This document shows, piece after piece, positions 26,080 to 30,476 of a DNA stretch of 30,476 nucleotides. The position numbers and the translations under genes were made by a program. The number at the start of each line of letters is the position of its first letter. Within the stretch, counting starts at the first letter, position 1. This DNA is from a virus. Taxonomy: Duplodnaviria; Heunggongvirae; Uroviricota; Caudoviricetes. The DNA lies in the IMG/VR virus record IMGVR_UViG_2802429234_000002, one strand, 5' to 3'. Below the pieces are notes generated by a model that was given only the letters and a program-made list of their open reading frames with translations, did no database searches and was not told the DNA's origin.

Positions 26080-28519
26080 CAATGTAAAATTACAGGTATT
26101 GCTCAGGGCTGTTGACCAGGCATCCCGCCCGTTTAAATCCATCCGCACAGCGAGTAAGTCGCTGTCGGGGGATATCCGGGAAACACAAAAATCACTGCGC
26201 GAGCTGAATGGTCACGCATCCCGTATTGAGGGATTTCGCAAGACCAGCGCACAGCTTGCCGTGACTGGTCATGCACTTGAAAAGGCACGGCAGGAAGCCG
26301 AAGCCCTTGCCACACAGTTTAAAAACACCGAACGTCCGACCCGTGCTCAGGCGAAAGTGCTGGAATCCGCAAAGCGTGCGGCGGAGGACTTACAGGCGAA
26401 ATATAACCGCCTGACGGATTCCGTTAAACGCCAGCAGCGGGAACTGGCCGTTGTGGGAATTAATACCCGCAATCTTGCACATGATGAGCAGGGACTGAAA
26501 AACCGTATCAGTGAAACCACCGCACAGCTTAACCGTCAGCGCGACGCGCTGGCGCGTGTCAGTGCGCAACAGGCAAAACTTAACGCAGTAAAACAGCGTT
26601 ATCAGGCCGGAAAAGAACTGGCCGGAAATATGGCCTCAGTGGGCGCTGCCGGTGTGGGGATTGCGGCGGCGGGAACGATGGCCGGTGTTAAGCTGCTGAT
26701 GCCCGGTTATGAGTTTGCGCAGAAAAACTCAGAATTGCAGGCTGTGCTCGGTGTGGCAAAAGACTCCGCCGAAATGGCCGCGCTCCGCAAACAGGCGCGC
26801 CAGCTCGGCGACAATACCGCCGCCTCGGCGGATGATGCGGCCGGTGCGCAGATTATCATTGCGAAAGCCGGTGGGGATGTTGATGCCATTCAGGCGGCAA
26901 CGCCGGTCACGCTGAATATGGCGCTGGCGAACCGCCGCACGATGGAAGAAAACGCCGCCCTGCTGATGGGGATGAAATCCGCCTTTCAGCTTTCAAACGA
27001 TAAGGTCGCTCATATCGGGGATGTTCTCTCCATGACGATGAACAAAACCGCCGCCGATTTTGACGGCATGAGCGATGCGCTGACCTATGCCGCACCTGTG
27101 GCAAAAAATGCCGGTGTCAGCATTGAAGAAACCGCCGCAATGGTCGGGGCGCTGCATGATGCAAAAATCACAGGCTCAATGGCGGGGACGGGAAGCCGTG
27201 CCGTGTTAAGCCGCCTGCAGGCACCGACGGGAAAAGCATGGGATGCACTCAAAGAGCTTGGAGTGAAAACCTCAGACAGCAAAGGAAACACCCGGCCAGT
27301 ATTTACCATTCTGAAAGAAATGCAGGCCAGTTTTGAGAAAAACCGGCTCGGCACTGCCCAGCAGGCTGAATACATGAAAACTATTTTCGGGGAGGAGGCC
27401 AGCTCAGCCGCCGCCGTGCTGATGACTGCCGCCTCAACCGGAAAGCTGGACAAACTGACCGCTGCGTTTAAAGCCTCAGACGGGAAGACCGCCGAGCTGG
27501 TAAATATCATGCAGGACAACCTAGGCGGTGACTTTAAAGAGTTTCAGTCTGCTTATGAGGCGGTGGGGACTGACCTGTTTGACCAGCAGGAAGGCGCACT
27601 GCGTAAGCTCACGCAGACGGCCACAAAGTATGTGTTAAAACTCGACGGCTGGATCCAGAAAAACAAATCACTGGCGTCAACCATCGGCCTCATTGTCGGT
27701 GGTGCACTGGCGCTGACTGCTGTCATCGGTGCCATTGGCCTCGTAGCCTGGCCGGTTATCACTGGCATCAATGCCATCATCGCGGCAGCAGGCGCAATGG
27801 GGGCAGTCTTCACGACGGTTGGCAGTGCTGTTATGACGGCCATCGGGGCGATTAGCTGGCCGGTTGTGGCCGTGGTGGCCGCCATTGTCGCCGGGGCGTT
27901 GCTTATCCGTAAATACTGGGAGGCTGTCAGCGCATTCTTTGGCGGTGTGGTGGAAGGGCTGAAAGCGGCATTTGCGCCGGTGGGGGAACTGTTCACGCCA
28001 CTTAAGCCGGTGTTTGACTGGCTGGGCGAAAAGTTACAGGCCGCGTGGCAGTGGTTTAAAAACCTGATTGCCCCGGTCAAAGCCACCCAGGACACCCTGA
28101 ACCGTTGCCGTGACACGGGCGTCATGTTCGGGCAGGCACTGGCTGACGCGCTGATGCTGCCGCTTAATGCGTTCAACAAACTGCGCAGCGGTATTGACTG
28201 GGTACTGGAAAAACTCGGCGTCATCAACAAAGAGTCAGGCACGCTTGACCAGACCGCCGCCAGAACTCGTGCCGCCACGTATGGCACCGGTGGTTATATT
28301 CCGGCGACCAGCTCTTATGCTGGCTATCAGGCTTATCAGCCAGTTACGGCACCGGCTGGCCGCTCTTATGTGGACCAGAGTAAAAACGAATATCACATCA
28401 ACCTGACGGGCGGTACTGCGCCGGGGACACAGCTCGACCGCCAGTTACAGGATGCGCTCGAAAAATACGAGCGGGATAAACGTGCGCGCGCCCGTGCCAG
28501 CATGATGCATGACGGTTAA
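26072..28519 (+). CDS. T: Tail tape measure protein
   Basis: 815 aa, P2 T length; coiled-coil N-terminal half and long hydrophobic Gly/Ala-rich segment. Confidence 0.9.
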   Translation: MSNNVKLQVLLRAVDQASRPFKSIRTASKSLSGDIRETQKSLRELNGHASRIEGFRKTSAQLAVTGHALEKARQEAEALATQFKNTERPTRAQAKVLESAKRAAEDLQAKYNRLTDSVKRQQRELAVVGINTRNLAHDEQGLKNRISETTAQLNRQRDALARVSAQQAKLNAVKQRYQAGKELAGNMASVGAAGVGIAAAGTMAGVKLLMPGYEFAQKNSELQAVLGVAKDSAEMAALRKQARQLGDNTAASADDAAGAQIIIAKAGGDVDAIQAATPVTLNMALANRRTMEENAALLMGMKSAFQLSNDKVAHIGDVLSMTMNKTAADFDGMSDALTYAAPVAKNAGVSIEETAAMVGALHDAKITGSMAGTGSRAVLSRLQAPTGKAWDALKELGVKTSDSKGNTRPVFTILKEMQASFEKNRLGTAQQAEYMKTIFGEEASSAAAVLMTAASTGKLDKLTAAFKASDGKTAELVNIMQDNLGGDFKEFQSAYEAVGTDLFDQQEGALRKLTQTATKYVLKLDGWIQKNKSLASTIGLIVGGALALTAVIGAIGLVAWPVITGINAIIAAAGAMGAVFTTVGSAVMTAIGAISWPVVAVVAAIVAGALLIRKYWEAVSAFFGGVVEGLKAAFAPVGELFTPLKPVFDWLGEKLQAAWQWFKNLIAPVKATQDTLNRCRDTGVMFGQALADALMLPLNAFNKLRSGIDWVLEKLGVINKESGTLDQTAARTRAATYGTGGYIPATSSYAGYQAYQPVTAPAGRSYVDQSKNEYHINLTGGTAPGTQLDRQLQDALEKYERDKRARARASMMHDG

Positions 28520-28533
28520 GGAGGTGACGAAAA

Positions 28534-29013
28534 ATGATGCTCGCGTTAGGTATGTTTGTTTTTATGCGCCAGACGCTGCCACACCAGACCATGCAGCGAG
28601 AATCAGATTATCGCTGGCCGTCAAATTCCTGTATCGGTAAACGGGATGCCTTTCAGTTTCTCGGTGTGGGTGAGGAAAACATTACGCTTGCAGGCGTGCT
28701 TTATCCCGAACTGACCGGCGGGAAGCTGACGATGACCACGCTCAGGCTGATGGCAGAGGAAGGCCGGGCGTGGCCGTTGCTGGATGGCACCGGCATGATT
28801 TACGGCATGTATGTCATCAGCAGGGTGAGTGAAACAGGGAGTATTTTCTTTGCAGACGGCACACCCAGAAAAATTGATTTTACGCTGTCGCTCACCCGCG
28901 TTGATGAATCACTGGCCGCGCTTTATGGCGATATCGGTAAACAGGCGGAATCGCTCATCGGTAAGGCTGGCAGTATGGCGACTAAATTCACGGATATGAC
29001 GGGGGCGGGATAA
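28534..29013 (+). CDS. U: Tail protein U
   Basis: 159 aa, P2 U length and position. Confidence 0.88.
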   Translation: MMLALGMFVFMRQTLPHQTMQRESDYRWPSNSCIGKRDAFQFLGVGEENITLAGVLYPELTGGKLTMTTLRLMAEEGRAWPLLDGTGMIYGMYVISRVSETGSIFFADGTPRKIDFTLSLTRVDESLAALYGDIGKQAESLIGKAGSMATKFTDMTGAG

Positions 29014-30176
29014 TGCTGGATGCACTGACATTTGATGCAGGCAGTACGCTGACGCCGGATTACATGCTGATGCTCGACAGCAGGGATATTACCAGCAATA
29101 TCAGCGACCGTCTGATGAGCATGACCCTGACGGATAACCGGGGCTTCGAGGCTGACCAGCTTGATATTGAACTGAACGATGCCGACGGGCAGGTCGGGCT
29201 GCCGGTTCGTGGCGCTGTCCTGACGGTGTATATCGGCTGGAAAGGTTTTGCTCTGGTATGCAAAGGGAAATTTACCGTTGATGAGGTTGAACACCGGGGC
29301 GCGCCGGATGTTGTCACCATCCGCGCCCGAAGTGCAGATTTTCGCGGGACGCTTAATTCCCGCCGGGAAGGCTCCTGGCATGATACCACGCTCGGTGCGA
29401 TTGTTGAGGCGATAGCCTCCCGTAACAGGCTGGAAGCCAGTGTCGCTCCGTCACTGGCCGGAATTAAAATTCCGCACATCGACCAGTCGCAGGAGTCTGA
29501 TGCGAAATTCCTGACCCGTCTTGCTGAACGCAACGGCGGTGAGGTGTCGGTAAAAATGGGAAAACTGCTGTTTCTCAAAGCGGGGCAGGGGGTGACGGCC
29601 AGCGGTAAAAAAATCCCGCAGATTACCATCACCCGCAGCGACGGCGACCGTCATCATTTTGCGATTGCTGACCGTGGAGCCTACACCGGCGTAACGGCAA
29701 AGTGGTTACACACCAAAGACCCGAAGCCACAAAAGCAGAAGGTAAAACTGAAACGCAAAAAGAAAGAGAAACACCTGCGCGCACTGGAGCACCCGAAAGC
29801 GAAACCGGTCACGCAGAAGAAAGCGCCAAAAGTACCGGAAGCGCGCGAAGGTGAATACATGGCCGGTGAGGCTGACAACGTTTTTGCACTGACCACGGTA
29901 TATGCCACGAAAGCGCAGGCCATGCGCGCCGCTCAGGCGAAGTGGGACAAACTGCAACGGGGCGTCGCGGAGTTTTCCATCAGCCTGGCTACCGGTCGTG
30001 CAGATATTTACACGGAAACACCGGTCAAAGTGTCAGGCTTTAAGCGTGTCATAGACGAGCAGGACTGGACAATCACTAAGGTGACACATTTTCTGAATAA
30101 TAGCGGCTTCACGACGTCCTTAGAGCTTGAGGTAAGGCTTTCTGATGTGGAGTACGAAACCGAAGATGATGAGTGA
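29013..30176 (+). CDS. D: Tail protein D (late control gene D)
   Basis: 387 aa, P2 D length and position. Confidence 0.88.
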   Translation: MLDALTFDAGSTLTPDYMLMLDSRDITSNISDRLMSMTLTDNRGFEADQLDIELNDADGQVGLPVRGAVLTVYIGWKGFALVCKGKFTVDEVEHRGAPDVVTIRARSADFRGTLNSRREGSWHDTTLGAIVEAIASRNRLEASVAPSLAGIKIPHIDQSQESDAKFLTRLAERNGGEVSVKMGKLLFLKAGQGVTASGKKIPQITITRSDGDRHHFAIADRGAYTGVTAKWLHTKDPKPQKQKVKLKRKKKEKHLRALEHPKAKPVTQKKAPKVPEAREGEYMAGEADNVFALTTVYATKAQAMRAAQAKWDKLQRGVAEFSISLATGRADIYTETPVKVSGFKRVIDEQDWTITKVTHFLNNSGFTTSLELEVRLSDVEYETEDDE

Positions 30177-30257
30177 TGCGTTTTATTTATCTGTTTGTTT
30201 TATAAGGATAAATTAACTAAAATGGCAACATCAACAAAACCGGAAGAGGTGCTCGCG

Positions 30258-30476
30258 ATGTTTCATTGTCCTTTATGCCAGCATGCCGCACATGCGCGTA
30301 CAAGCCGCTATATCACTGACACGACAAAAGAGCGTTATCACCAGTGTCAGAACGTGAATTGCAGCGCCACGTTCATCACTTATGAGTCGGTACAGCGATA
30401 CATCGTGAAGCCGGGAGAAGTCCACGCCGTAAGGCCGCACCCGTTGCCGTCAGGGCAACAAATTATGTGGATGTAA
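30258..30476 (+). CDS. ogr: Late gene transcriptional activator Ogr (zinc finger)
   Basis: 72 aa from ATG 30258; CPLCQ...CQNVNC four-cysteine zinc finger; last gene before the expected attR, as in P2; track ORF starts at 30195. Confidence 0.9.
   Translation: MFHCPLCQHAAHARTSRYITDTTKERYHQCQNVNCSATFITYESVQRYIVKPGEVHAVRPHPLPSGQQIMWM

Larger units (their letters stand above)
830..30476. mobile_element. P2-like (Peduovirus-type) prophage; left end adjacent to pflA, right end (attR) beyond the window
   Basis: Complete P2 gene order int-C-cox...A-cos-Q-P-O-N-M-L-X-Y-K-lysAB-R-S-V-W-J-I-H-G-FI-FII-E-T-U-D-ogr, with protein lengths matching recalled P2 values (e.g. Q 344, N 357, M 247, FI 396, T 815, D 387, Ogr 72). 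Confidence 0.92.

Noticed and set aside
1-30476. tRNA, rRNA, CRISPR arrays, IS elements
   Set aside because: No cloverleaf-like conserved tRNA sequence, no repeat-spacer periodicity, and no transposase-like ORF or terminal inverted repeats seen; the only mobile element is the prophage itself.

Overview
The window contains the host gene pflA (minus strand, 1-798) followed by an essentially complete P2-like prophage, from int (830-1825) to ogr (30258-30476). The window ends at the ogr stop codon, so attR is not visible. Gene order follows the canonical P2 prophage map: int, C, cox, two extra genes, an orf78-like gene, B-like, five small early ORFs, A, a short intergenic region, cos, Q, P, then O, N, M, L, X, Y, K, lysA, lysB/lysC, R, S, V, W, J, I, H, G, FI, FII, E/E', T, U, D, ogr. 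The classic P2 accessory loci are absent: there is no tin/old between A and cos and no Z/fun between G and FI. The most unusual content is (i) a low-GC, two-gene convergent module between cox and the orf78-like gene (2688-3324) and (ii) a small cassette in the A-cos region: a 37-codon hydrophobic peptide gene with a strong Shine-Dalgarno (SD) sequence, bracketed by exact 15-bp direct repeats, next to an imperfect 18/20-bp inverted repeat. The prophage sits directly at the 5' end of pflA, and the recalled PflA start position encodes Lys here. All calls rest on reading the ORF track and sequence, synteny, protein lengths and motifs, and recalled P2 biology; no database search or computation was run. 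I saw no tRNA, rRNA or CRISPR array.
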